Positions 47,392-57,622 of a DNA stretch of 64,000 nucleotides are shown here, one piece after another. The stretch's first letter is position 1; every line of letters starts with the position of its first letter. Made by a program: the position numbers and the translations under genes. Location of the stretch: the IMG/VR virus record IMGVR_UViG_2850711898_000002; one strand, given 5' to 3'. Source of the DNA: an uncultured virus (IMG/VR IMGVR_UViG_2850711898_000002) (Duplodnaviria; Heunggongvirae; Uroviricota; Caudoviricetes). The notes under the pieces were generated by a model, which was not told where the DNA came from, ran no database searches, and saw only the letters and a program-made list of their open reading frames with translations.

Positions 47392-48084
47392 CTACAAATT
47401 CATCACATCAATATGCACGGTGCGGATAAATTTACCGACAAATTGCGCACAGGCGTAGATTTCATCGCTAATGATTTCAGAAGGGTAGGCTTGATTGTCT
47501 GAAATCATCCGATAGCCGCCGCTCATCAGTTTTTGAATGCGTTTAATATAAAGTTCGCCATTAATTGAGAATGCGTAAATACCGTCGCCAATGTAGCAGT
47601 TTATCGTTGTATCAATAAACACAATGTCGCCTTTGCGAATGGTGGGTTCCATTGAATCAGTAGGGACGTTTACAATGGATACACCTTGTGATGAACGTTT
47701 GCCGACAAGGCGTGCCATTCCTTCATCGGAAAGAAAGAGGGTTGAGATGATTTCGGGATAATCTGAATTTTCAATGCCAGAAATCCCTACAGCAAGATAT
47801 ACATCAAGATAATCAATGCGGTGTCGGTGCTCGTTGTCCCGTTGCGTGGTTACTAAGTCGGTGGAAAGTGCGGTGTTTTTTTCGGGTGTTTTGCCCTCGC
47901 CGCTTTGTAGCCAAATAGGATCCACGCCTAAAACACTAGCTAAGGCTAATGTATATTTTGTTTCTCCTCCTGCTTCAATTTTTTGAATAGCATTTTGACT
48001 GACACCAACCAATTTACCTAATTGATCTTGAGTTAATCCTGCGGCTTTTCTTGCCATTTTCAAACGATTTGCTAATGAACTCAT
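47392..48084 (-). CDS. cI: CI-like repressor (HTH + S24)
   Basis: XRE HTH, DSMEPT, YIKRI. Confidence 0.92.
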   Translation of the reverse strand: MSSLANRLKMARKAAGLTQDQLGKLVGVSQNAIQKIEAGGETKYTLALASVLGVDPIWLQSGEGKTPEKNTALSTDLVTTQRDNEHRHRIDYLDVYLAVGISGIENSDYPEIISTLFLSDEGMARLVGKRSSQGVSIVNVPTDSMEPTIRKGDIVFIDTTINCYIGDGIYAFSINGELYIKRIQKLMSGGYRMISDNQAYPSEIISDEIYACAQFVGKFIRTVHIDVMNL

Positions 48085-48111
48085 CTTTTTCTCCTGTATT
48101 TCGGTCTAATT

Positions 48112-48200
48112 CTAAAACTGTAGTTTTATAACTACAAATAATTAAAGCTATATTTATTTCTTTACAATAAACAACCAAGGCTATAATATATGGTTATTTT
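48112..48200. promoter_or_regulatory. oR region with pR
   Basis: TAAAACTGTAGTTTTA dyad; TTTACA...TATAAT upstream of cro. Confidence 0.6.
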
Positions 48201-48225
48201 TATCTATTGTGAGAAATATAAAGCT

Positions 48226-48438
48226 ATGAATGAATTTGTACAGAAAGCGATTGATACGCTAGGTAAACAGCAAATATTGGCTGAAGCCTGTGGTGTAAGT
48301 CAAAACGCTGTAAGCAAGTGGCTAAACGGCGGTGCGATTTCTCTTGAAAATGCTTTGCGTATAGAGAAAGCAACTCAAGGCAAAGTTAAGGCTGAAGATA
48401 TTTCACCTAAATTTTCTCATTTGCTTTCTAGAACCTAA
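48226..48438 (+). CDS. cro: Cro-like repressor
   Basis: QQILAEACGVSQNAVSKWL HTH. Confidence 0.88.
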   Translation: MNEFVQKAIDTLGKQQILAEACGVSQNAVSKWLNGGAISLENALRIEKATQGKVKAEDISPKFSHLLSRT

Positions 48439-48458
48439 TTTACCAACAGGAATACGCA

Positions 48459-48755
48459 ATGGCACGCAATAAATTAACGCGATCCGCAAGAGTGCTTTTG
48501 GATCAGGTTATCGAAAAATATTACAAACAAAAGCAGTACGAAGTGGCAGAAGGTATGGAAACCACACCTAGCACACTGAGTCGCTTTATTAGTAATGAAG
48601 AGTTTACTCAGACATTTAACTTTATCGCCGCTTGTCAATTCGGTGTTTTTGATACGGATACGCACATTGCGATTGAGAAAAGTGAATTTGAAATGTTACT
48701 CCTTGCGTCACAAGGCTTTGATAAGCGGTTACGTGAGAAGTATTTGGGTAAATAA
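48459..48755 (+). CDS. CII-like regulator
   Basis: QYEVAEGMETTPSTLSRF HTH, position after cro. Confidence 0.7.
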   Translation: MARNKLTRSARVLLDQVIEKYYKQKQYEVAEGMETTPSTLSRFISNEEFTQTFNFIAACQFGVFDTDTHIAIEKSEFEMLLLASQGFDKRLREKYLGK

Positions 48756-48802
48756 AAAAGCCACGAGGAGATTTCGTGGCTAATTCATTAAGGAATATAC
48801 AG

Positions 48803-49471
48803 ATGAATCAATTATTAACGATTACGAAAGAAAACGCAAGTACTTTGACGATGAGTAGTCGGGAAATTGCGGAGATTACACATAAAGAACACAAAAATGT
48901 ATTACGTGTTATTCGTGATTTGATTGAACAAAATTTAGTCGCTCAAATTGAGCCACTAAAATTTGAGTATAGAAATCAATGGTTTGATTATTACGAGTTA
49001 AACAAGCGAGATACGTTTGTTGTTGTCGCTCGCTTATCGCCCGAATTTACCGCCGCTGTGGTCGATCGCTGGCAAGCGTTGGAAAATCAACAAAAACCAA
49101 CCGCACTTATTCCGCAATCTTTTTCTGAGGCGTTGATGTTAGCCGCTCAGTTGCAAGCAGAAAAAGAGCGTAATGCGCCTAAAGTCGCTTTTGTTGATCA
49201 CTATGTGGAAGTGGGGACGAGTAAATCATTTCGTGAGACGGCGAAGATTTTAAAAATGCCTGAGCGTGCATTGGTTAATCGCTTGGTGGAAGATAAATAT
49301 TTGTATCGTCAATCGGGCGTGCTTTTGCCTTATCAATCGGCACACACGAAAGATCTTTTTACGGTTAAAACAGGCACCGCTGAACACGGTCACAATTACA
49401 CACAGACGCGCGTAACAAGCAAAGGCATTGAATTTATCGCGTCACGTTATGCTTCGGAGTTGATGCTATGA
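48803..49471 (+). CDS. Rha + KilAC antirepressor-like protein
   Basis: MSSREIAEIT..HKNVLR, PKVAFVD, QTRVTSKG. Confidence 0.88.
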   Translation: MNQLLTITKENASTLTMSSREIAEITHKEHKNVLRVIRDLIEQNLVAQIEPLKFEYRNQWFDYYELNKRDTFVVVARLSPEFTAAVVDRWQALENQQKPTALIPQSFSEALMLAAQLQAEKERNAPKVAFVDHYVEVGTSKSFRETAKILKMPERALVNRLVEDKYLYRQSGVLLPYQSAHTKDLFTVKTGTAEHGHNYTQTRVTSKGIEFIASRYASELML

Positions 49472-50226
49472 GTATGCGATTAATGGTTCAAGCAATGAAT
49501 TGTAAGGTTGGTAATCCTGCTAGAAAACTTGTGCTTTTAAAACTCGCTGATAATGCCAATGATGATGGAATTTGTTTTCCAAGTTATCAATACATTGCCG
49601 ATAAATGCGAGATGACCCGACGTAGTGCAATCAATCACATTGAATATTTAATCAAAATGGGATTAGTAAGCAAAAAAGAACGTAAAAATAAAGATGGTTC
49701 CATCTCAAATTTATACTTTTTACACCTTGAACAAGGTAGTGAAAATTTTGCACTGGGTAGTGAAAATATTTCACTAGGTAGTGAAAATTTTGCACTAGGG
49801 GGTAGTGAAAATATTTCACCCAGAACCAGTCACTCTTTAGAACCAGTCAATGAACCTAAAAAAACTACGCAAAAAAGCGAATCCGAAATGTTGCTTGAGC
49901 AGTTCGGTATTACCGGACAACTGGCGAAAGATTTTATCGCACACCGCAAAGCCAAAAAGGGCGTAATTAATCAAACACAGCTAAACCGTCTGCAAAAACA
50001 GGCGGACAAAGCGGGGATTTCGATTTGTGAAGCGGTGGAGATTTGCATTGAACGCAACTGGCAGGGATTTAACGCATCGTGGGATTGGCGTGATGAGAAA
50101 CTGCGACCAAATTTACCGCACTTAGGGCAATCACACCCCAACAAACCCAAATTTGACGATACGCAGACAGGCTGGTCTGCAGGAATGAATTTCACAGTGG
50201 ACGGTACGCAATGGCAAATTCCATAA
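49468..50226 (+). CDS. replication initiator (O-like, HTH)
   Basis: KLVLLKLADNANDDG.CFPS, internal iterons. Confidence 0.88.
   Translation: MSMRLMVQAMNCKVGNPARKLVLLKLADNANDDGICFPSYQYIADKCEMTRRSAINHIEYLIKMGLVSKKERKNKDGSISNLYFLHLEQGSENFALGSENISLGSENFALGGSENISPRTSHSLEPVNEPKKTTQKSESEMLLEQFGITGQLAKDFIAHRKAKKGVINQTQLNRLQKQADKAGISICEAVEICIERNWQGFNASWDWRDEKLRPNLPHLGQSHPNKPKFDDTQTGWSAGMNFTVDGTQWQIP
49735..49820 (+). repeat. replication origin iterons, 4 x ~21 bp
   Basis: GGTAGTGAAAAT(T/A)TT(G/T)CAC at 49735, 49756, 49777, 49801. Confidence 0.9.
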
Positions 50227-50852
50227 CAGAAAACCAAATTAACACGCTCCCGCCAGAACGAGCACAGCGTGCGGAAGAGACGATTAACTGGCTCTTTAAC
50301 GAGCTTAAATCGATTTTTCCTGGTTGGCGTGCAGCCTTTGAAACCGAAACGGATTATCTCTCTGCTAAAAAAACTTGGTTGCGTGTGTTGGCACGAGAAA
50401 AAATTACGAGACCTCAGTTAGAGAACGGGCTTTGTGAAGCGGAAAAATCGCTTGATAAATTTTTACCTAGCGTAGGGTTGTTTGTTTATTGGTGCAAAGC
50501 CTACGACTATCACGCACTGGGTTTACCGAACGAAGCGGAATTATACCAACGTTATAACACTTTCTTAGGCTATGCCCGATTCAATCGGGATGAATTTCAA
50601 TATCGTTCAAAAGTGGAATTTTGGTTGCTTAAAAATCTGTACGAAAAGTGCAAGAAAAAATCGGAAGAGGACACGTTGAAAACTATTCCGAAATTACTCA
50701 CAGAAGCGGTAGAAAAAGTGCGGTCGAATACTCCTTTTGAGGATGTTCCGAAAATGATTCCTGAAAAGCCAAGTTTTTACGATAAAGCGAAGGCTGATAA
50801 GGCACGCGATAGCTTGATGGCAATGATGAAAGGGAAGAGAGCATTGCAATGA
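50211..50852 (+). CDS. replication protein P-like helicase loader
   Basis: LKSIFPGW, FLPSVGLFVYWC. Confidence 0.82.
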   Translation: MANSITENQINTLPPERAQRAEETINWLFNELKSIFPGWRAAFETETDYLSAKKTWLRVLAREKITRPQLENGLCEAEKSLDKFLPSVGLFVYWCKAYDYHALGLPNEAELYQRYNTFLGYARFNRDEFQYRSKVEFWLLKNLYEKCKKKSEEDTLKTIPKLLTEAVEKVRSNTPFEDVPKMIPEKPSFYDKAKADKARDSLMAMMKGKRALQ

Positions 50853-51430
50853 CAGAACAACAATTTGATAAAGATACATGGCAAACACCGTGCTATGTAT
50901 TTGAATGGCTATCTCAACGTTTCGGCTGGTTCGATCTTGATGGTTGCGCTACAGCCAACAACGCCTTGACATGGCGATATATCGGCGAGCCTAACTCAGA
51001 TAATGATGAGCATCAATCAATCGCAGATGACTTTCTAATGCCGATTGAGCAAATGTTAGATGTATTGTTGGATGAAGTCGCAGAACGTTGTTCGGCTCCG
51101 TTAAGAATCTATGTGAATCCACCTTATTCCAACGTTACACCATATCTACAACGCACAAAAGAATTATGTGATGCCGGTTATTTGGTCGTGATGTTACTCA
51201 ACAATGATAAATCTACTCAATGGTATCAAAACCATATTCAAGGCGTGGCGAATGAAGTGATTGATATTACAGGTGGTCGAATTGCATTTATCAACCCTGT
51301 AACAGGAAAGGAAATCAAGGGGAATAGCAAAGGGCAAATGGTCGTAGTATTTGATCCAACAATGGAAGACTTTGTCACACGTTCAGTAAGTCTTGATTTT
51401 ATTAAAAAGTTCGGTGGATATGGAATTTAA
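50849..51430 (+). CDS. phage N6-adenine methyltransferase (Dam-type)
   Basis: DTWQTP, FDLD, NPPYS, GRIAF. Confidence 0.9.
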   Translation: MTEQQFDKDTWQTPCYVFEWLSQRFGWFDLDGCATANNALTWRYIGEPNSDNDEHQSIADDFLMPIEQMLDVLLDEVAERCSAPLRIYVNPPYSNVTPYLQRTKELCDAGYLVVMLLNNDKSTQWYQNHIQGVANEVIDITGGRIAFINPVTGKEIKGNSKGQMVVVFDPTMEDFVTRSVSLDFIKKFGGYGI

Positions 51431-51836
51431 AAAACAATTCTTCCTTCGCTCAAACCAAGTGCGGTTGAATTGCGTTGAGTTTATCAAAGAACTGTCAACA
51501 GACGATAAAAAGCCGTTGGTAGTCAAAATCCAACCAATAACACGCTCACTTGAGCAGAACTCAAAACTTCACGCACTACTAAGCGATATTAGCAAACAGT
51601 GCGAATTTAACGGTAAAAAGCGAGACATCGACACTTGGAAGATGATTATGGTATCGGCTCATAAAATCGCAACAGGCGGTCAGGCTGAAATGGTAATCGG
51701 GCTTGAGGGGGAAGTTATCAATCTACGAGAAAGCACTGCTCAAATGAGCGTAAAACGACTAGCAAGCCTAATAGAGTACATTACCAGCTGGGGCGTGCAA
51801 AATGGCGTGAGGTTTAACGATAGATGGGGGCTTTAA
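51420..51836 (+). CDS. ninB: NinB recombination protein
   Basis: RSLEQNSKLHALL, STAQMS. Confidence 0.88.
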   Translation: MEFKKQFFLRSNQVRLNCVEFIKELSTDDKKPLVVKIQPITRSLEQNSKLHALLSDISKQCEFNGKKRDIDTWKMIMVSAHKIATGGQAEMVIGLEGEVINLRESTAQMSVKRLASLIEYITSWGVQNGVRFNDRWGL

Positions 51837-51928
51837 ATGAAACGCTTAAATGATGACGAGATTCTAGAGTTAAAAATCGTACTTTTTATTGTGGCTGTTT
51901 GGGTAATTTTTCAGATGGTGTTTGGCTA

Positions 51929-52477
51929 ATGGCTAAAGAGTATAAATGCAAAGTTTGTGCCCAACCGTTTGTAAAAACCTTTAGCTCAACTCAAAAAGTC
52001 TGCTCTCCTAAATGTGCGCTTGATTTAACCCGTCAAAACGCACAGAAAGCACAGGAACGAGCAGAGAAGAAAAAGCAAAGGGAACGTAAGGCTAAATTAA
52101 AAAGCTGTTCAGAATGGCTGAAAGAGGCGCAAGCGGTATTTAATAAATTTATCCGTTTACGAGATAAAAATGAACCCTGTATCAGTTGTGGTCGGTATCA
52201 TCAAGGCAAATATGACGCTGGGCATTATCGGAGCGTTGGGGCGTGTCCTGAATTAAGATTTTGCGAAATTAACTGTTTTAAGCAGTGCGTACCATGTAAT
52301 CAGCATAAAAGCGGTAATGTCATTGAGTATCGAATTAACCTTGTGAAGCGTATCGGTGCAGAGAAGGTAGCTTGGTTAGAACGGCAAGATCACGAACCAA
52401 AGAAATACACCATTGAAGATTGTAAGGCGATTATTAAGTATTACAAGGCAAAAATTAAAGAGCTGGAAGGAGAGTAG
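51929..52477 (+). CDS. ninG: NinG endonuclease
   Basis: FIRLRD..CISCG, DAGHYRS, QCVPCN. Confidence 0.9.
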   Translation: MAKEYKCKVCAQPFVKTFSSTQKVCSPKCALDLTRQNAQKAQERAEKKKQRERKAKLKSCSEWLKEAQAVFNKFIRLRDKNEPCISCGRYHQGKYDAGHYRSVGACPELRFCEINCFKQCVPCNQHKSGNVIEYRINLVKRIGAEKVAWLERQDHEPKKYTIEDCKAIIKYYKAKIKELEGE

Positions 52478-52478
52478 A

Positions 52479-52847
52479 ATGTCGTATAGCGTTGAGAGAG
52501 TGTTGGAAAAGTGGGGTAATTGCTGGGGTAGAGACAGAATTGGCACAGAATACCCAAGCACCACAATTTCTATTCCTGTTTTACCTACCGTGCGCAAGGC
52601 TCACATTCGATTCTTAACGGATGACGAATGCTTAAAAATTGAGGAGCAGATAATGAATCTTCGCGAGGATAGTTTGCTGCAATACCAAATCTTAATGGCA
52701 CTATACGTTCAACAAGCGAAAGAGCGAGATATTTGTACCGCACTTCATATTTCCCCTGCGCATATGTATCGTGAGCGTGCTAGGGGTGTAAGATTCCTAA
52801 AAGGTGCATTTACTGGGGCGAAGATTAAATTTATGTTTTTGGGATAA
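52479..52847 (+). CDS. late antiterminator Q
   Basis: VLEKWGNC, LTDDE, position after ninG. Confidence 0.8.
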   Translation: MSYSVERVLEKWGNCWGRDRIGTEYPSTTISIPVLPTVRKAHIRFLTDDECLKIEEQIMNLREDSLLQYQILMALYVQQAKERDICTALHISPAHMYRERARGVRFLKGAFTGAKIKFMFLG

Positions 52848-53012
52848 ATAAATCTAAATCAGATCTATATAGATTTTTTATTTGAGAATTTGATAGGGCA
52901 TCCTGAATTTGAGATGTAGATCACAAAATTAGAAAAAACTTTGATTAAAAACTTAAAGAATTATTTTTTATTCCATAGAATGAATGCAAAATTTATTCTA
53001 GAGGAAATAAAA

Positions 53013-54160
53013 ATGAGCGATCAAATTTTCAAAGAAAAAATATTATCTCACTCTCAACATGTAATTAGAGTAGGGCAACACTGTTCAACTGAAGAAACAA
53101 CAAAGCAAGCTTTAATTCTTCCATTTCTTGATATTTTAGGCTTTTCGGCTTATGACCCTACTAAAGTAAAAGCTGAGTACGCTGCCGATTTTGCTGGAGC
53201 AAAGAATGGTGAACGGGTAGATTATGCCTTATTTTGTCATGATGTTCCCGTTATGTTTATTGAGGCTAAATCTTACAATGAAGATCTCTCAAACCATTCT
53301 CCACAATTAGCACGCTATTTCAATGCAACTCCAGAAGTTGCAGTTGCAGCAATTAGTAATGGTCGTGAATGGCGATTTTTCACAGATCTAAAAGATAAAA
53401 ATATTATGGATGATGTGCCATTTTTGCGCATTAATTTTGAATCGCTTGACGAAACCAAAATATTCCAATTATCTCAATTTTGTCATGATAAATTTCAGCC
53501 TGAAGCGTTACGAACATTGGCTGAAGAAAGTATCTATCAACATTTACAAAAACAATATCTTCGTCATTAAAAGAGGTTGATTGTGAGTTTGTCCGTTATA
53601 TAGCTAGCCGTTCCAATATTGGAAGACAGTTGAATCAGCGGTTTATTGAATCTATAACACCAATAGTAAGACAAGCAGTTGAAAAGGCTGTTAGTGATAT
53701 GGTTGTTTCTGGATTATCAAAAAAACCTATTGATATAGAACCTGTTGAGGTTACTGAGGTGGAATATAATGATGAAAAAGCAGACGTTGTAGATCCTGAT
53801 AACTGTAAAATTGTCACCACATATACCGAAAGACAAGTTTTAGAGTATGTCACAATGATTATTGGTAGCGATACAGATTTAGTTGCCAAAGATACCGAGA
53901 GTTATTTTGGTATTTTATATCAAGGAAAATCTAATAGATGGATTTTACGTTACTATGATAATAAGCAACGCCCTTCAATCGTTATCCCTATTGACTTAAC
54001 TCCTGAGCATCAAAAAGAAATTATTAGAGCTGGGTTAGAGATTTCAGGCAACCAAATTATTATTGATTACCCAGAGAATATTTTAAGATTAAGTGGCATT
54101 ATTCGTGATTGTTTCGAGTATTGCATTAATGACGAAAATTTTAGAAAAAAATCGCAATAA
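53013..54160 (+). pseudogene. HsdR_N-like PD-(D/E)xK nuclease-domain gene, frameshifted at ~53535
   Basis: EETTKQALILPF, VDYA, IEAK, SNGREWRFF; second half continues in -1 frame. Confidence 0.75.
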
Positions 54161-54210
54161 AGCTCTCAAAAGCCTGTTTACAAAGCAGGCTTTTTTCATT
54201 ATTATTTTCA

Positions 54211-54271
54211 TCAAGGCTCGTAACCTTAAAACAAAGCGGAAGTCCGCACCCGATAGCATAGCGGTTTTTTA
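54211..54271 (+). ncRNA. c4-like antisense RNA 2
   Basis: TTTACA-N17-TATTAT promoter, terminator; TCGTAA and AAAACAAAG complementary to 54395-54412. Confidence 0.7.
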
Positions 54272-54469
54272 TGCGTGAAATTTAGCAACCTTGTTTGTTT
54301 ATTGCCATTAAACATTCATTACGCATAACCACATCTTATCTATGCCGAGAGGGCGGAGAATAAAATACCCGAAAGGGGAATAATCCCGGCCGTTCTTTGT
54401 TTCGGTTTACGAACCTCTTGGCGACCCTATTAGGTCAAATCTTCGTAAAATAAAACAAAGGAGTCAGAA

Positions 54470-55333
54470 ATGGCTAATCAAATCTCAACTCAAACAGTAT
54501 CTTTTAACAATCAATCCTTGATTACCATTGAACAAAATGGCGTACATTATGTTGCAATGAAGCCTATTTGTGAAAATATCGGCATTCAATGGGAATCGCA
54601 ATACAATCGAATTAGACGTGACGATGTGCTAAATTCAGTTATATTCATCATGAATATGACTGGAAGCGATAGTAAGAATTATCAAATGATCTGCTTACCA
54701 ATCGAATATTTAAACGGTTGGTTATTTGGTATTGATATTAATCGTTGTAAACCTGAAATTCGTGACACATTAATCAAATACAAAAAAGAGTGTTATCAAG
54801 CGTTACATGATTATTGGTTTAATGGCAAAGCAGAACGAAAAACCACGGTAGATGATCGCACAGGCCTGCGCAATGCCGTGAATATGCTCGTGAGCAAAAA
54901 GGGATTAATTTATTCTGAGGCTTATCATTTAATCCATCAACGCTTTAATGTGGAATCAATCGAAGATTTAACCCTTGAACAACTCCCTGAAGCAGTAGAG
55001 TATGTTCACAAAATAATTTTAGAAGGGGAATTAATCACTGAGGCTGAATTGCCTAGCCGTGAAAAGAAATTCAGTTTTGAATTTACTGAGTACGAACTCG
55101 AACAACTTGTTTGGCTTTGGTGTGGACACAAGCAGATGAACACCTTACTTGGCGATATGATCAAACCGTTAGAAACTATCGGCTCTTATTTCACTGGAAT
55201 GGTGATCAGCCATCACCAAGAATATCGCCGACAATATAAAAACACGCTCCCAACCATTCAACGCTTAATTCAGCCATTTAAAGCGTCTAATCGAATGAAC
55301 TGGGAAAGAGCGAAAAACCTCATCGCCCAATAA
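54470..55333 (+). CDS. P22 Ant-like antirepressor
   Basis: [33 protein letters not shown]. Confidence 0.9.
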   Translation: MANQISTQTVSFNNQSLITIEQNGVHYVAMKPICENIGIQWESQYNRIRRDDVLNSVIFIMNMTGSDSKNYQMICLPIEYLNGWLFGIDINRCKPEIRDTLIKYKKECYQALHDYWFNGKAERKTTVDDRTGLRNAVNMLVSKKGLIYSEAYHLIHQRFNVESIEDLTLEQLPEAVEYVHKIILEGELITEAELPSREKKFSFEFTEYELEQLVWLWCGHKQMNTLLGDMIKPLETIGSYFTGMVISHHQEYRRQYKNTLPTIQRLIQPFKASNRMNWERAKNLIAQ

Positions 55334-55358
55334 AACATCACAAAATTTATAAAAACAC

Positions 55359-55470
55359 TTGATTACTTGCAAGTGGAAGTGTACTATATTCGGTAAGTTG
55401 TGGTTTTAGTGCATAGCAAATGCACAAAAGAATTTTACAGCCCTGATCGGAAACGGTCGGGGCTTTTTGT
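55359..55470 (+). promoter_or_regulatory. late promoter pR' and terminator tR'
   Basis: TTGATT-N17-TACTAT followed by GCCCTGATCG...CGGTCGGGGCTTTTT. Confidence 0.65.
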
Positions 55471-55600
55471 TTACAGTAATAGCTCCTTACCTTGTTAGAC
55501 TTTATTGCGCGAGAAATCGCACGGGGTAAGGCCATCTATCACAAGCTCACGTTAATGCGTGGGCTTTTTTATCAGCCCTGTAAATGGGTGGAGTGTAAAA

Positions 55601-55852
55601 ATGTTAAAAGATGCAGGAAGCCAAAGTATTTTTTGGTCTGGCTTTGGTGCGTTCTGGGCAATGTATTCATTTCAAGAATGGCTGGCTATTATGGGGCTTG
55701 TTATAGGTTTAATAAGTGGTCTCGTGAATATGTATGCTAAATGCCAAGAAGGGAAAGTTAGAAAAAATGAAGAACGGCGTGCAGAAGAAATACACCGTGT
55801 GAAAATGAAACGATTGTCTTTAGGATTTGATGATGATTTTGACAAAAACTAG
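55601..55852 (+). CDS. holin
   Basis: TM segment then basic tail, precedes lysozyme. Confidence 0.8.
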   Translation: MLKDAGSQSIFWSGFGAFWAMYSFQEWLAIMGLVIGLISGLVNMYAKCQEGKVRKNEERRAEEIHRVKMKRLSLGFDDDFDKN

Positions 55853-56375
55853 GAAAGCTCTTGGTGTTTGCTCTGTGATTACGGTAATGGGATTAATGTA
55901 TGCTCAGTTCGGTAGCGAGCTAAGATTAAGTCCTGTAGGTGCTGAAATTATTGGGAATGCCGAGGGTTGCAGACGTGATCCGTATCAATGCCCTGCGGAT
56001 GTTTTGACCGTTGGAATTGGTTCAACTGAATATGGTGGTAAGAAAATCAATCCAAAACATCGTTACACAGATTTGGAAATTGCCGAACGTTGGAAGAATG
56101 ATATTGTGATTGCTGAACGATGTGTGAACAAATATGGTAATGGCGAGATGTTACCGCAATCGGTATTTGATTCTGCGGTGTCAATCACTTTTAATGTGGG
56201 TTGTGGGGCAGTAAGCAAATCTACGATGTTTAAATATCTTCGAGCAAAACAATATGAAAAGGCTTGTGGCGAATTTCCTAGATGGGTGTATGCCAGTGGT
56301 AAAAAATTAGCAGGTTTGGTGGTTCGCCGAGAAAAAGAGAAAGCATTATGTTTAGCCGATTTGAAACTGCCATAA
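55833..56375 (+). CDS. SAR-type endolysin (GH24 lysozyme)
   Basis: AEGCRRDPYQCPADVLTVGIGST. Confidence 0.92.
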   Translation: MILTKTRKALGVCSVITVMGLMYAQFGSELRLSPVGAEIIGNAEGCRRDPYQCPADVLTVGIGSTEYGGKKINPKHRYTDLEIAERWKNDIVIAERCVNKYGNGEMLPQSVFDSAVSITFNVGCGAVSKSTMFKYLRAKQYEKACGEFPRWVYASGKKLAGLVVRREKEKALCLADLKLP

Positions 56376-56683
56376 AATTGACCGCACTTTGTTTGATTTT
56401 GGGCTTGTGTGGTTGGACTTGGTTTCAATCTCAGAAGATAAGTAGTTTAAAAGCCGAGAACCAAGCTCAAGCCCAAACTATTCAGCAACAAGAAGATGCT
56501 AACAAATCATTAAGCCTTGCATTACAACAAGAACGCAATGCAGTTATTGAGCAACAACGGCGTAATGATGAAATAGAAAGGGTAGCAACAGAAAATGTTG
56601 AATCAGTTAACACAATCATTAAGACACAGCCTTGTGCCAACACTCGTCTGCCTCAGTCTGTTCTTGACCGCTTGTACAAATAA
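56348..56683 (+). CDS. i-spanin (Rz-like)
   Basis: N-terminal TM, coiled coil, CANTRLP. Confidence 0.8.
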   Translation: MFSRFETAIKLTALCLILGLCGWTWFQSQKISSLKAENQAQAQTIQQQEDANKSLSLALQQERNAVIEQQRRNDEIERVATENVESVNTIIKTQPCANTRLPQSVLDRLYK

Positions 56684-56876
56684 AGTCACGACTAAAGCAG
56701 AATATATTTATCCGCCTCAAGCCTATACCGCACCTTGTGTTAAAACAGCATTTACTGGTGAGACATACGGTGATGTAGTCATACAGCTTGTTAAGGTAAC
56801 AGCAGAGCGAGATAAGTGCGCAAGCCAGGTAGATAATCTCAATAAGTGGATTAACCAAACCAAGACCGCCAATTAA
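56595..56876 (+). CDS. o-spanin (Rz1-like lipoprotein)
   Basis: LTAC lipobox, YPPQAY..PC, overlaps Rz. Confidence 0.8.
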   Translation: MLNQLTQSLRHSLVPTLVCLSLFLTACTNKVTTKAEYIYPPQAYTAPCVKTAFTGETYGDVVIQLVKVTAERDKCASQVDNLNKWINQTKTAN

Positions 56877-57146
56877 AGTGCGGTCTTTTTTTATTGGTAT
56901 ATACAGGCACATACATTAGGACTGACCTTGACTATCTGATGATAGCTCGATGGTAGTCCTAAGCTATGTTTTATGGATAAAACAAAAATATATCGAGTGA
57001 TTTTTATAAAGAATCGTGACGGCAAAAGGTACTCCTGAGGGGATACCCCTTTCCACGGGGTTTCGGGCGCGCGGTTTTCGACAGTTTTTTGACATCTTAG
57101 GCATCATCATCTTTTCCCTTTTTTGGGCATTTTAACGGTCTCGGCT

Positions 57147-57620
57147 ATGGATAATTTATACGACTTAAAACTCAATATAAATCAGATCGCCGAACTGGTC
57201 GGAATGCATCGGCAAACCGTGTCACAAAGGCTTGCAGGACTAACGCCAGCTATTGGCAGTAATTCCAAATTAAAGCTCTATGCACTATCTGATTTAATCA
57301 AAATCGGGCTTGCCGAAAAAATGACGGCTAATGTTGATAGCTTGTCACCTGTTGAGAGACGAGCATTTTGGCAAGCGGAAAACGAAAGACTAAAATACGA
57401 GCGAGATACAGGCGAACTGGTGCCATCATTTGAAGTTGCTCAAGAGATGGGATTTTTGGCTAAAGCTGTTGTGCAATCACTTGATACATTGCCAGATATT
57501 TTAGAGCGTGATTGTGCGTTAACTCCAACACAATTAACTCGTGTAATACAGGTGATTGATGACGTTAAATCGCAAATGTCATTACATATACAGGCTGGCG
57601 ATAATAAATCAGAGGAGTAG
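57147..57620 (+). CDS. terminase small subunit
   Basis: LNINQIAELVGMHRQTV HTH, LDTLPDILERD. Confidence 0.85.
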   Translation: MDNLYDLKLNINQIAELVGMHRQTVSQRLAGLTPAIGSNSKLKLYALSDLIKIGLAEKMTANVDSLSPVERRAFWQAENERLKYERDTGELVPSFEVAQEMGFLAKAVVQSLDTLPDILERDCALTPTQLTRVIQVIDDVKSQMSLHIQAGDNKSEE

Positions 57621-57622
57621 TC

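Noticed and set aside
49735..49820. CRISPR-like array
   Set aside because: Contiguous 21-bp repeats without spacers, inside the replication initiator; these are iterons. No cas genes.
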